64,000 bases of DNA from Candidatus Tectimicrobiota bacterium. GTDB lineage: Bacteria; JACPUC01. The DNA is taken from the NCBI GenBank assembly GCA_016192455.1, contig JACPUC010000008.1:62001-126000 (forward strand), given 5' to 3'. The notes under the pieces are model-generated. The model saw only the letters and a list, made by a program, of their open reading frames with translations, made no database searches and was not told where the DNA came from. Within the stretch, counting starts at the first letter, position 1, and each line of letters starts with the position of its first letter. The position numbers and the translations under genes were made by a program. This document shows, one piece after another, positions 1-9,335 of the stretch.

Positions 1-521
1 CCGCGCTCGAACGTCGGCAGGGTATCCCCATCCTGCCAGAGGAGGCGGGCGGTGAGGTGCGCCGCGCCGTTCTCCTCCGCCTTCGTCTTCAGCTCCCGGA
101 AGCCGTAGGTGCCGAGGAGCATCCCCTCCACCGCGGCCTGCGCGGCCTCCCCGATGCCGGCGATGAGCCGTTGCCGGCCGGGGATGCTGAGCGCAAGTTG
201 CGGCACCTTCAACCTCGCGGCAGCCGCGGCGAGGCGCGCGCTGGCCTCGCGCACCTTTTCCAGGGTGAAGCCCTCCGCCTTCCCCAAACCGATGAGGATC
301 GCACGCCCGGCGCGGGCCGCCGGGGGCAGGTAGAGGACCAGCTCTTCGCCCTCCTTGCCGCTGAAGTCACCTCGCTCCAGGACCCCCCGGATCAGCCCGC
401 CGCTCCGCGCGTCGAGCTCGGCAGCCTCCCCCGACACCACGCCGCCATCGGCGAAGAGGCCGAGCCCTATCGCCGCCGCGCGTTGCGTTGCAAGGCTACC
501 CACGACAGCATGGATCTCCAT
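1..521 (-). CDS. pepA: Leucyl aminopeptidase (M17), N-terminal part; runs off the window edge
   Basis: Not in ORF track. Manual translation from ATG at 521: MEIHAVVGSLATQRAAAIGLGLFADGG...GDFSGKEGEELVLY...ILIGLGKAEGFTLEKVREASA...AAVEGMLLGTYGFRELKT, typical of the M17 N-terminal domain. Confidence 0.85.
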   Translation of the reverse strand, partial: MEIHAVVGSLATQRAAAIGLGLFADGGVVSGEAAELDARSGGLIRGVLERGDFSGKEGEELVLYLPPAARAGRAILIGLGKAEGFTLEKVREASARLAAAAARLKVPQLALSIPGRQRLIAGIGEAAQAAVEGMLLGTYGFRELKTKAEENGAAHLTARLLWQDGDTLPTFER

Positions 522-957
522 GCGCCATTCCCTTGCCGATCGCTAGTTGCAATGGGGTCGCCAGAGATATTCGTTCAGGAGGAGTTTGGAAGCGAACGAC
601 CTGGCGCTCAACATGAGGTCAGCTCCAGCCAGGAGGTCCAGGCGCGGTCGGTGGCGTGCACCATGGCCGGGCAGAGCGGCAAACCGCGACCCTCTCGCCC
701 ACCTGGCCACGATGCTGGCCAGCGCACGAGCACGACTGCGGGATCAGCTCTCCTGCGCTCTGCTGGGGAGTGTAGGACCGCTTCCTCCCCCCTGTCCAGT
801 GCGAAAATCCCCTTCCATCCCCCCGGGAAACTCCGTCGCCGCGCCAGGACATTGCGGGCAGGACGCCGCTATGGTAGAGGAATGAACCTGGAGCGGAGGA
901 GCGCGGGCAGCCATCGCGCCGAGCTGCGACGCCTCCCCGACCCTGACGAGGTTCCCC

Positions 958-2658
958 ATGGACGAGAGCACCAGCGCGAACATTGCAGCCGCCCGCACGC
1001 TCCCCGGCGCGCGGCGGGACGAAACCCCGGATACGGGCGGCTTCGCCTCGCTCCTCGAAGTCTGGCGACGGCGTGCCGGCGAGTCACCCCAGCAGCCCTA
1101 TCTGACGTTCTATGACGAGGGCGGCGCCGCCGAGCGCCTGAGCTACGGCGCGTGCTGGGAGCGCATCGCACGGCTCGCCACCTACCTCACCGGCGAGCTG
1201 CGCCTGCGCCCCGGCGATCGCCTGGCCACGCTGATGGTGAACCACAGCGATACGGTGCTCCTCTACTTCGCGGCCTGGTGCGCCGGGCTCACCGTTGTAC
1301 CGATCAACGTCGAGGAGTCGCCCGAGCGCATCCGCTTCACGCTGGAGAACTCAGAGGCGCGGGCGCTCTTCGTCTACGGTCCCCTGCGGGAGAAGGCGGA
1401 GCACCTCGTTCTGGGTTTGGCGTCGCTCCAGCACATCGTCAGCATCGAGGCGGACGGCTGGGAGGGCGACTCCCGCTTCCGCCGCCGCGTGGCCGCTTGC
1501 TCGCCCGTCTTCGCGCCGAAGCAGGCGCCGGACGTCGATACCGAGGCGTTCATCGTCTACACCTCCGGCACCACCGGCACCCCCAAGGGAGTGATCCTGA
1601 CGCAGGGGAACCTCCTCGTCGATGCCGCCGCCATCGCCGCCTGGCACCGCATCGGCGCCGGCGCGCGGATGATGTGCGTGCTGCCGATCCACCACGTCAA
1701 CGGCACGGTGGTGACACTGCTGACGCCGCTGGTGGCGGGCGGCAGCGTGGTTCTGAACCGGCGCTTCCGCTCCGCCGGCTTCTGGCGCCGCGTTGCGGAG
1801 GAGGGCGTCGAGATCATCAGCGTCGTGCCGACGCTGCTGCAGTTCCTCCTCGAGGCGAAGGAGCGCCGCGACGGGCTGGACCTCCGTCGCCTGCGCCACT
1901 TCATCTGCGGCGCCGGCCCACTCACGGTCGATCTGGCGCGGCGCTTCGAGGAGCGCTTCGGCGTGCCGATCATGCACGGCTACGGCCTCTCCGAGACCAC
2001 CTGCTACTCCTGCTTCCTGCCCCTGGAGCTGACCCCCGAGGAACACCGCCGCTGGCTGAGCCACTACGGCTTCCCCTCCATCGGCGTGCCCCTGCCGTGC
2101 AACGCCATGGCAATCTTCGACAAAGAGGGCCAGGGAGTCGAGCAGCCGGAGGGGGAACGCGGCGAGATCGCCATCCGTGGCCCCAACGTCATGGTCGGCT
2201 ATCACCAGCGCCCCGACGCCAACGCCGAGACTTTCGTCTACCAGTGGTTCCGCAGCGGCGACGAGGGCTTCATGAGGCGCGACGCCCGCGGCCGCCCTTT
2301 CTTCTTCATCACCGGCAGGCTCAAGGAACTCATCATCCGCGGCGGCGTCAACCTCTCCCCCTTCGAGATCGACGAGGTGCTGCAGCGCTGCCCAGGGGTG
2401 AAGAGCGCTATTGCCGTGGGCTTCGAGCATGACTATATGGGGGAAGAGGTAGGCGCCTACGTGCAGCGCGAGCCCGGCGCCTCCCTGACAGCGCAGGAGA
2501 TCCAGGAGCACTGCCGCAAGGACGGTCTGGCGTTTGCGAAGATGCCGAAGGTGGTGCTGTTCGGCGAGGACATGCCGGTCACCTCCACCGGCAAGTACCA
2601 GCGCACCCGCCTGCAGCACCTCTTCGAGCCGTATCGCAGCATGCAGTTCCGCGAGTGA
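958..2658 (+). CDS. Class I adenylate-forming enzyme (acyl-CoA synthetase)
   Basis: YTSGTTGTPKG, HGYGLSET, FRSGDEG, GRLKELIIRGG, TGKYQR motifs. Confidence 0.92.
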   Translation: MDESTSANIAAARTLPGARRDETPDTGGFASLLEVWRRRAGESPQQPYLTFYDEGGAAERLSYGACWERIARLATYLTGELRLRPGDRLATLMVNHSDTVLLYFAAWCAGLTVVPINVEESPERIRFTLENSEARALFVYGPLREKAEHLVLGLASLQHIVSIEADGWEGDSRFRRRVAACSPVFAPKQAPDVDTEAFIVYTSGTTGTPKGVILTQGNLLVDAAAIAAWHRIGAGARMMCVLPIHHVNGTVVTLLTPLVAGGSVVLNRRFRSAGFWRRVAEEGVEIISVVPTLLQFLLEAKERRDGLDLRRLRHFICGAGPLTVDLARRFEERFGVPIMHGYGLSETTCYSCFLPLELTPEEHRRWLSHYGFPSIGVPLPCNAMAIFDKEGQGVEQPEGERGEIAIRGPNVMVGYHQRPDANAETFVYQWFRSGDEGFMRRDARGRPFFFITGRLKELIIRGGVNLSPFEIDEVLQRCPGVKSAIAVGFEHDYMGEEVGAYVQREPGASLTAQEIQEHCRKDGLAFAKMPKVVLFGEDMPVTSTGKYQRTRLQHLFEPYRSMQFRE

Positions 2659-3437
2659 TGCAGACGTCCCAACGCCCCAGCTTGATCATCGCCGTGCAGG
2701 AGGTCTCGCCTCTCTATCGGGAGGAGCTCTTCGAGATTCTGAGCCAGCTCGACCGCCGCCGCCTGGCGCCGCGGAACCTGCTGGTGGCGCCGTGCCTGCA
2801 CGGCCAGCACCGCGTCACAGATGATCCGGCGTTCCTAGCCTGGCTGCACCGGCTCCACGAGGCCGGGGATGAGATCGTGCAGCACGGCTTCACCCAGCGC
2901 TACGTCCCGCAGCCGACGCACGGCTGGCGCGCGCGGTTGGTCGGCGGCTACCTCTGCGCCGGACGCGCCGAGCTCCTCACCACGGGCTACATCGAGGCTC
3001 GCCAACGCTTCGCCGCCGGCCGACGCATGCTGCGGCAGGCCGGATTCGACGCCGCCGGCTTCGTCGCCCCGTGCTGGCAACTGAGCCGGATGGCCTGGCG
3101 CGCCGTACGCGACGCGGGCTTCCACTACGTGGGCACGGCGCGCGGCCTGGTGGACCTGCGGCGCGAACAACGCTGGCCGCTTCCCACCGCCTGCTTCACC
3201 ACCACCCCGCCATGGCTTGACGGCCTCCTGCGGCTGCGGGCGCGCTACCTGGCGCAGCGCCGGCAGCGCTCGCCGGTCCTCGGCGTGGCGATCCACCCCC
3301 ACGACCTGCACGGCAGCGTCCCGTTCACGGCGGTGCTCCGCTTCCTCGATGCCGTGGCGGCGGGACGCGACTGCCTGACCTACAGCGGCTTCCTTCGCCA
3401 GCAGGCGACGCAGCCGGGATCGTTCCGCCGCCTCTGA
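2658..3437 (+). CDS. Polysaccharide deacetylase-like / DUF2334 family protein
   Basis: EIVQHGF, GFVAPCW, AIHPHD motifs; start overlaps upstream stop (TGATG). Confidence 0.7.
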   Translation: MQTSQRPSLIIAVQEVSPLYREELFEILSQLDRRRLAPRNLLVAPCLHGQHRVTDDPAFLAWLHRLHEAGDEIVQHGFTQRYVPQPTHGWRARLVGGYLCAGRAELLTTGYIEARQRFAAGRRMLRQAGFDAAGFVAPCWQLSRMAWRAVRDAGFHYVGTARGLVDLRREQRWPLPTACFTTTPPWLDGLLRLRARYLAQRRQRSPVLGVAIHPHDLHGSVPFTAVLRFLDAVAAGRDCLTYSGFLRQQATQPGSFRRL

Positions 3438-3607
3438 GACCGCCGCCGCACGCACGCCAGCCACAGGGGGGATGCGGCATGGCGCTCGCCAACGGTTTCA
3501 GGGGGCCGCGAAGAGGAGCGGTGCGGCGTGAAATAAAATCACCCCTGCCTGTCGTTCTCCGCAGTGAAGAGAGTGGCGGGCGGGAAATCGTTGAGGAGGA
3601 GGTTTCA

Positions 3608-4318
3608 ATGAAACCAGGGATTGCAACGGTGCAAAAGGCTCAGGACCTGACGCCGAACGTCCGCGAAGTGGAGATGCGGGTGAGAGAGCCCGCCGACTTC
3701 TCCTTCAAGCCGGGGCAATTCATCTCGGTGACGGTGGCCGAGAAGGTGATGCGTCCCTACTCGCTCGCCATCTCTCCCGAGGAGTCGGCGGAGAACGGCG
3801 CCCTGCTGCGCATCTGCGTCAAGCTGCAAGACGGCGGCATCGGCTCGGGCTTCCTGCGCGGCCTGCGACCGGGCGATGCGGTGAACTTCCGCGGGCCGTT
3901 GGGGCGCTTCACCATCCAGCCGGAAAGCCCGCGCACGAACCTGCTCTTCATCGCCACGGGCACCGGCATCTCGCCCCTGCGCAGCATGATCACCCACCTC
4001 CTGGCGAACGGCACGAAGAAGAACGTCACTCTCCTACACGGCCTGCGCTCGGAGGAGGACGTCTTTTACAGCGACCTGTTCAGCCGGCTCGCCGAGCGCC
4101 ACGCGAACTTCACCTACCGGCCGACGCTCTCCCGCCCGAAGGGGGAATGGCAGGGCCTGGTGGGGCGCTGCACGGCACACCTCGAGCACTACGTCGACGG
4201 CCTGCAGACCACCGAGACCTACATGTGCGGCAACGACGCCATGATCAACGAAGTGGTGCGGAAGCTCACCGACCTGGGCTTCCCGAAGGAGCAAATCCAT
4301 AACGAGAAGTTCGGGTAG
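3608..4318 (+). CDS. FAD/NAD(P)-binding oxidoreductase, ferredoxin-NADP reductase family
   Basis: RPYSLA, GIGSGFL, ATGTGISP, YMCG, EKFG end; RBS GAGGAGG before ATG 3608. Confidence 0.9.
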   Translation: MKPGIATVQKAQDLTPNVREVEMRVREPADFSFKPGQFISVTVAEKVMRPYSLAISPEESAENGALLRICVKLQDGGIGSGFLRGLRPGDAVNFRGPLGRFTIQPESPRTNLLFIATGTGISPLRSMITHLLANGTKKNVTLLHGLRSEEDVFYSDLFSRLAERHANFTYRPTLSRPKGEWQGLVGRCTAHLEHYVDGLQTTETYMCGNDAMINEVVRKLTDLGFPKEQIHNEKFG

Positions 4319-4350
4319 GAAGTCGGCCCGCCGCAGTTTCATCACGTATG

Positions 4351-4447
4351 TCTGCGAGGGAGCCTTGCCCTCTCGCGCACCCCTTCGGCGCGAACTGCTG
4401 CGCAGCTCGCGGGAACAGGGGCGCGGAGGAGTTTCTAATTCCCCACC
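4351..4447 (+). repeat. Multi-hairpin intergenic repeat, copy 1
   Basis: TCTGCGAGGGAGCCTTGCCCTCTCGCGCACCCC...CGCGAACTGCTGCGCAGCTCGCG...TTCCCCAC aligns with 17210-17306; lies between convergent genes. Confidence 0.75.
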
Positions 4448-4531
4448 TCTGCTCGAACCCGCTCCCGGCCGTACTCGACAATCCTTGGGGACACCCATCG
4501 AAGCAGACCAAGCAGAGACCGCTTGTCCCCC

Positions 4532-5566
4532 CTATTCCTCCCTGCCGGTCAGCTCGCGGCGCACGAGGCGGGTGCCCTGCACCATGGCGACGAGTTTGCG
4601 GTAGGCGATCCAGCGGGGCATGGCGAGGAAGCCGCAGTCGGGGTTGACGGTGAGCTTCTCCGGCGCGACGTAGCGCAGCGCCTGGCGGATGCGCTCGGCC
4701 ACGTCTTCCGGGCGCTCGATGTAGCACGACTTCACGTCCACCAGCCCCGCCCCCAGCTCCTTGTCGCTCCCCCACTCCTTCCAGAGCTCGATCTCGCTCA
4801 TCTCGCGGTTGGCGAACTCCAGGACGAACTGGTCCACCCGCGCCTCCAGGAGGGCGGGGAAGATGCGGCGCCAGGTGCGCTTGCCGCGCGGGCGGCTGCC
4901 GAGGTTGCCGAAGCAGACGTGCAGGGCGATCTTCGCCTGCACCCCCTCGACGACGCGGTTGAAGAGCCGCACCCACTCCGTCAGCTCTCCCGGCATGGTA
5001 ACGAAGGAGGGCTCGTCGATCTGGATGAAATCGGCGCCGGCGGCGACAAGGGCGCGCAGCTCCGCGTTCACCGCCGGGGCGATCTCCTCCGCGGCGGCGA
5101 AGTGGTGCGGGTAGACGTCGTTGAGTTCGAGCAGGATGGTGAAGGTCAGCGGCCCGGGGCAGGCGACCTTCAGCGGCTTGCTGGTGTGGGCGCGGGCGAA
5201 GGTGAACTCCTCGACAATGCCGAGGCCGCGCGGCACGCCGAGGCGCTCGCGCACCCGCCAGCGCTCCTGCGTGTCGTAGGAGGGCAGGCCCACCCGGCGG
5301 CGCGGCGGCAGCGGATCGAGGCCGGCGAAGCGCGGGTAGAAGCCGTGGAAGAAGCCGCTGCGCCGCAGCTCGCCGTCGGAGATGATGTCCACCCCGGCGC
5401 GCTCCTGGTCAAGCATGGCAAGCCGCACCGCGTCGTCGAACGTTTCGCTCCGGTCGGTCTCGCCGTACCTGCCGGCCTCGATCTCGCCCAGGGCGGTGAG
5501 CAGCCAGGAGGGCGAACCGTAACTCCCCACAACGCTGGTCGGCAGCAGCGGCAGCTTGGTGTTCAT
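4532..5566 (-). CDS. Cobalamin-independent methionine synthase-like protein, catalytic (core) domain only
   Basis: TSVVGSY, ISDGELRR, IQIDEP, Zn ligands HVCFGN / LEFANRE / NPDCGF; 344 aa, no N-terminal MetE barrel. Confidence 0.85.
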   Translation of the reverse strand: MNTKLPLLPTSVVGSYGSPSWLLTALGEIEAGRYGETDRSETFDDAVRLAMLDQERAGVDIISDGELRRSGFFHGFYPRFAGLDPLPPRRRVGLPSYDTQERWRVRERLGVPRGLGIVEEFTFARAHTSKPLKVACPGPLTFTILLELNDVYPHHFAAAEEIAPAVNAELRALVAAGADFIQIDEPSFVTMPGELTEWVRLFNRVVEGVQAKIALHVCFGNLGSRPRGKRTWRRIFPALLEARVDQFVLEFANREMSEIELWKEWGSDKELGAGLVDVKSCYIERPEDVAERIRQALRYVAPEKLTVNPDCGFLAMPRWIAYRKLVAMVQGTRLVRRELTGREE

Positions 5567-5717
5567 GGGCTTCCTCCCGGTGGCACCCAGTCGAGTTGCA
5601 ACCTTGGCCCAGCCTGGTACTATACGACGCGACAACCCCACAACCCGCGTGGCTGCCGCGATGCATCATCAGCCGCCGGCAGCGGCGTCGGGCAGCTCCG
5701 GGCAAGGAGACCGCATC

Positions 5718-6482
5718 ATGAGTCGAGACTACTCCGTGTACGGCCTGCTGATCGGCACCGGAGCGAGCTGGGTGCCCACCGGCATCATGCCCCTATGGCG
5801 CTCCGAGGAACGCCGCGCCGAGGCCGTTCCCGTGCCCATTTGGGCCATCCAGCGCAATGGCCGCACCATCGTCGTTGATACCGCCTTCGACCGCGCCCTC
5901 ACGGGCGACGCCTGGGCCAGCAACTTCTCCTACCGCCCGCAGGCGGAGGCGCTGCGGGAGATCGGCGTCGACATCGACGAGGTCGAGACGGTAATCCTCA
6001 CCCACCTCCACCTCGATCACGCCACCGGCCTGGATCACTTCCCGCGGGCGCGGTTCATCATGCAGCGCAGCGAGTACGAGTTCTGGACCGGCCCCATGAG
6101 CGCCTATCCGCCCATTGCCCGCATGTGCCCCGCGGCGGTGGTGCAACGCCTGCGCAGCCTGCACGCCGAAGGGCGGCTCGTCTTCCTCGACGGAGACCAC
6201 GAGTTGCAGCCGGGGCTGCGTCTGGTTGCCGTCGGCGGTCATACCCCCGGCATGCAGATGGTGGCCATCGACACGAGCAAGGGGACGCTGGTGCTCTGCA
6301 GCGACGTCGCCTACGTCTACGAGAACATCGCGCAGCGCTGGCCGATCGGCCTCTACCACGATTTCGCCGCCACCATCCTCGCCCTGGAGCGCGCGCTCAC
6401 GATCGCCTCGAGTGACAGCCTGGCGGTGCCGAACCACGACATCCAGCTCTGGCGGAAGGAGCCGGTGGTGCAGCTCGTGTGA
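5718..6482 (+). CDS. Metallo-beta-lactamase fold hydrolase, N-acyl-homoserine lactonase-like
   Basis: THLHLDH, GGHTPG, CSDVAY, PNHD; RBS AAGGAG. Confidence 0.85.
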   Translation: MSRDYSVYGLLIGTGASWVPTGIMPLWRSEERRAEAVPVPIWAIQRNGRTIVVDTAFDRALTGDAWASNFSYRPQAEALREIGVDIDEVETVILTHLHLDHATGLDHFPRARFIMQRSEYEFWTGPMSAYPPIARMCPAAVVQRLRSLHAEGRLVFLDGDHELQPGLRLVAVGGHTPGMQMVAIDTSKGTLVLCSDVAYVYENIAQRWPIGLYHDFAATILALERALTIASSDSLAVPNHDIQLWRKEPVVQLV

Positions 6483-6501
6483 GCCGAGGAGGTTCCACGC
6501 C

Positions 6502-9027
6502 TCACCCCCTGGCTCCTTGCGGGGCGCCTTTCCCCTCCCGAACCAGGGCCGGGGAGCGCTGCCGTCGTCCCTCCCGTCGCGCCTCCCAGGAGAGCAGGGC
6601 CGCCACCAGCACCATGGCGCCCAGGCTGATCAGCACGCCGAGCCGGAACGACAGCGGCTCGTAGCGGAACTCGACGACGCTTTCCCCCGGCGGGGTGACG
6701 ACCGCCCGCATGACGTAGTTGGCCCGCAACAGCTTCGACTCCCTGCCGTTCACGTAGACCTTCCAGCCGGGAAACCAGGGATCGCTGAGGACGAGGAGGG
6801 CGTAGCGCGGCTGCGAGGTCTCGATGCGGACCCAGTTCAACCCCGAGGCCGCGATGCGCGGCGGCGCCTCGTCGGCGCCCGGCGGCTTCGCCCCGGCAGG
6901 CTGATCGGGGGGCTCCTCCAGGATCGCAAAGGAGCGCGGCTCGAAACTCTCCTTCGCCATTGCGGCGACAATCGCCCGCTCCTCCGACAAGACTTTCCCA
7001 TCCGCCACGTTCCAAACGCGCGGCAGGTACTTCGGATTCTTGTAGATGACGCGCTTCGGCGTTCGCAGCACCTCTTCCAGGCCCTGCGGGCGCTCCGCAT
7101 CGCTGTCGATCATGACGTACTTCAGGTTGAGCATGCGCGCGAACTTGGTGATGCGGTTCACTCTGAGGGTCAGCCGGATTTCGTCGATCATCCTGCCGTC
7201 ATTGACGTTGATGAAGCGATGGTAGCGGCGCTGGACGAGGGCGTCATAGCCTCCCACGTTGCTGATCCCATAGGCCATCCCCGTGTTCACGTCGATGAGG
7301 TGGGGGTTGTGGATGTAGCTGATGCGGAAGGGCTCCTTGTCGCGCGCAAAGAAGTCGACGACCTCCGGCTCCCAGAGCGACAGGCGCTCCGGGTAGACGA
7401 GGAGGTAGCGGCTGCTGAAACTCCAGAGATCGAGGAGAAGGAAGAGGAGCGCCAGCCCTCCCCAGAGGTGCCGCCACCTCAGCCTGCCTCGCAGGGCGAG
7501 GAGAACCAGGCAGCCCGCCAGCACCACCAGGAAGCGCCAGCTAGTCTCCGACGTTTCCCGGTAGGCGGTCTCGTAGAAGCGGGGGTCCCGCTCGTAGATT
7601 TCGAGAGGCCCGCGCACCCCGCTCTCGATGGTCGCCTTGACGACCTGTCGCCACGCCGCGGGGTGCCGTCCGTAGCGCAAGTACAGGAGACTCACCCCGA
7701 CCGTGCCGGCAAGCAGGACGAGGAGGAGCACGGCGAAGCCCGCGCGCCAGGTCCGCCGGCTGATCGTTCCCAGCCGCTCGGTGAGCAGCCGGAAGCCGAA
7801 CCCACCGGCGAGCGAGAGGAAGAGGGCGCCGAGGAAGAGGAACTTCGAGCTGCCGCGGAAGAGGCGGTACCCCGGAACGAGGTAGTACATCACGTAGAAG
7901 AAGGGCGTGCTCTTCCCCAGCGCCAGCAGCAGGCTGAGGCCGGCCATGCCGAGGCAAAAGCGGTAGTGCGGCGAGCGCTCCTCGCGCACCGCCCAGCCCG
8001 CCAGAACGAGCGGCAGGATGCCGAGGTAGCCGCACATCTCCCAGATGAAGTAGGCTCCCCAGTACCCTTCCGTGAGGTTGCTGCCGAACAGCGAGGGGGT
8101 GAGGAAGAGCAGGAGGTTCTCGAAGGTCACGGAGAAGGAGCCGACGAACTCCAGCGTCGCCTGCCGGCGCATCGAGTGCTGCACGAACTCGAAGGCCGGC
8201 AGGAGCTGCAGCGCCGGCAGCAGCGCGCCCATGCCGAAGAGGACCCCGAACGAGACGGCGGCGCGCCGCAGGTGGGTTGCGCGCTCCTCGCTCCGGAGAT
8301 GGCGCGCCAGGTGCACGAGGTAGCGCACCATGACCGCCAGGCCGCCATAGAAGACATACTGCGCATGCCCCGCCAGAAGCTGGAGCCCCAAGGTGCAGGC
8401 GCCCAGGAGCGCATAGCGCAGCGGCCGCCGGCGCAACGACAGCTCCACCCAGACGAGGAGCAGCGGCGTCCATGGAATGGTGTTGAGGTTCGAGAGATGC
8501 CCGGGGTAGATGTTCAGCACGTACGGGCCGCTGAACATGAAGGTGACGCCGGCGAAGGCGCTGGGGAGCGGGCCGAGGCCATAGACGCGGGCCAGGAGGT
8601 AGGTGAAGGCGCCCGCCAGGAAGAGGTGCAGAATGATGCTGACGTTGATCGCCGTGCCGACCGGCAGTACGAGGTAGATGACATTGAGGGGGTAGAAGAT
8701 CGCCGATTGCATCCCGGCGATGAACGGCGTGCCGGAGTAGAGGTAGGGATTCCACAAGGGTAGCTCGCCGCGGGCCAGGGCCTCGAAGCCGAGCTTCCGC
8801 CAGTAGTAGAACTGGTAGCGGATATCGCTGATGTTCGGCTGAAAGCTGCTGAGGATTGAGTTTGGCTCGGCAAGAAGGAGCGAGCGGAAGTAGAAGAGCG
8901 TCAGCCCTCCAAGGAGGAGGAGCATCGCGGTATCGCTCGTCAGCCAAGCTGGGAGCCGCGAAGGGTCGTCGCCGATCTGGGTAGGCGCCGCCTTCGGATG
9001 AGCTGGGGGCTTGCCTGCGCGCCGCAT
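6502..9027 (-). CDS. YfhO-family multi-pass membrane protein (putative GT-C glycosyltransferase)
   Basis: GELPLWNPYLYSGTPF, many TM segments, C-terminal SDPWFPGWKVYVNG...RANYVMRAV...VEFRYEP; start uncertain. Confidence 0.85.
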   Translation of the reverse strand: MRRAGKPPAHPKAAPTQIGDDPSRLPAWLTSDTAMLLLLGGLTLFYFRSLLLAEPNSILSSFQPNISDIRYQFYYWRKLGFEALARGELPLWNPYLYSGTPFIAGMQSAIFYPLNVIYLVLPVGTAINVSIILHLFLAGAFTYLLARVYGLGPLPSAFAGVTFMFSGPYVLNIYPGHLSNLNTIPWTPLLLVWVELSLRRRPLRYALLGACTLGLQLLAGHAQYVFYGGLAVMVRYLVHLARHLRSEERATHLRRAAVSFGVLFGMGALLPALQLLPAFEFVQHSMRRQATLEFVGSFSVTFENLLLFLTPSLFGSNLTEGYWGAYFIWEMCGYLGILPLVLAGWAVREERSPHYRFCLGMAGLSLLLALGKSTPFFYVMYYLVPGYRLFRGSSKFLFLGALFLSLAGGFGFRLLTERLGTISRRTWRAGFAVLLLVLLAGTVGVSLLYLRYGRHPAAWRQVVKATIESGVRGPLEIYERDPRFYETAYRETSETSWRFLVVLAGCLVLLALRGRLRWRHLWGGLALLFLLLDLWSFSSRYLLVYPERLSLWEPEVVDFFARDKEPFRISYIHNPHLIDVNTGMAYGISNVGGYDALVQRRYHRFINVNDGRMIDEIRLTLRVNRITKFARMLNLKYVMIDSDAERPQGLEEVLRTPKRVIYKNPKYLPRVWNVADGKVLSEERAIVAAMAKESFEPRSFAILEEPPDQPAGAKPPGADEAPPRIAASGLNWVRIETSQPRYALLVLSDPWFPGWKVYVNGRESKLLRANYVMRAVVTPPGESVVEFRYEPLSFRLGVLISLGAMVLVAALLSWEARREGRRQRSPALVREGKGAPQGARG

Positions 9028-9335
9028 CCATCCCTCTCTGTCACGACGGCGCCGGGAGAACGAGAACCCTCCCCTCGGCACTCCCCGCGCCGCACTCCCG
9101 GCCGGGAGCGGCTGGGGAATCCGCCCCCGCCACCTGGACAGCCTGCCGGCACTCGGCTACCATACCACTCCAAGGCGGGCTGGCGCCACCCTGGCTGGCC
9201 CGGCTTCTCAGGCCGGCGCGGCGGGCCAGCGCACGCTCCTTTCGGCCCACCTCCGTGAGCGCGCGGCTCAGGCCTCCTTACCACCCGCAGGGACGAGAGA
9301 CCCCCGAACGATCCTGCGGCGGCCGCTTCGAGACC

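Noticed and set aside
545-620. Imperfect hairpin (CGCCAG...CTGGCG) upstream of pepA as a riboswitch
   Set aside because: No recognisable aptamer consensus; pairing is unremarkable at this GC content.
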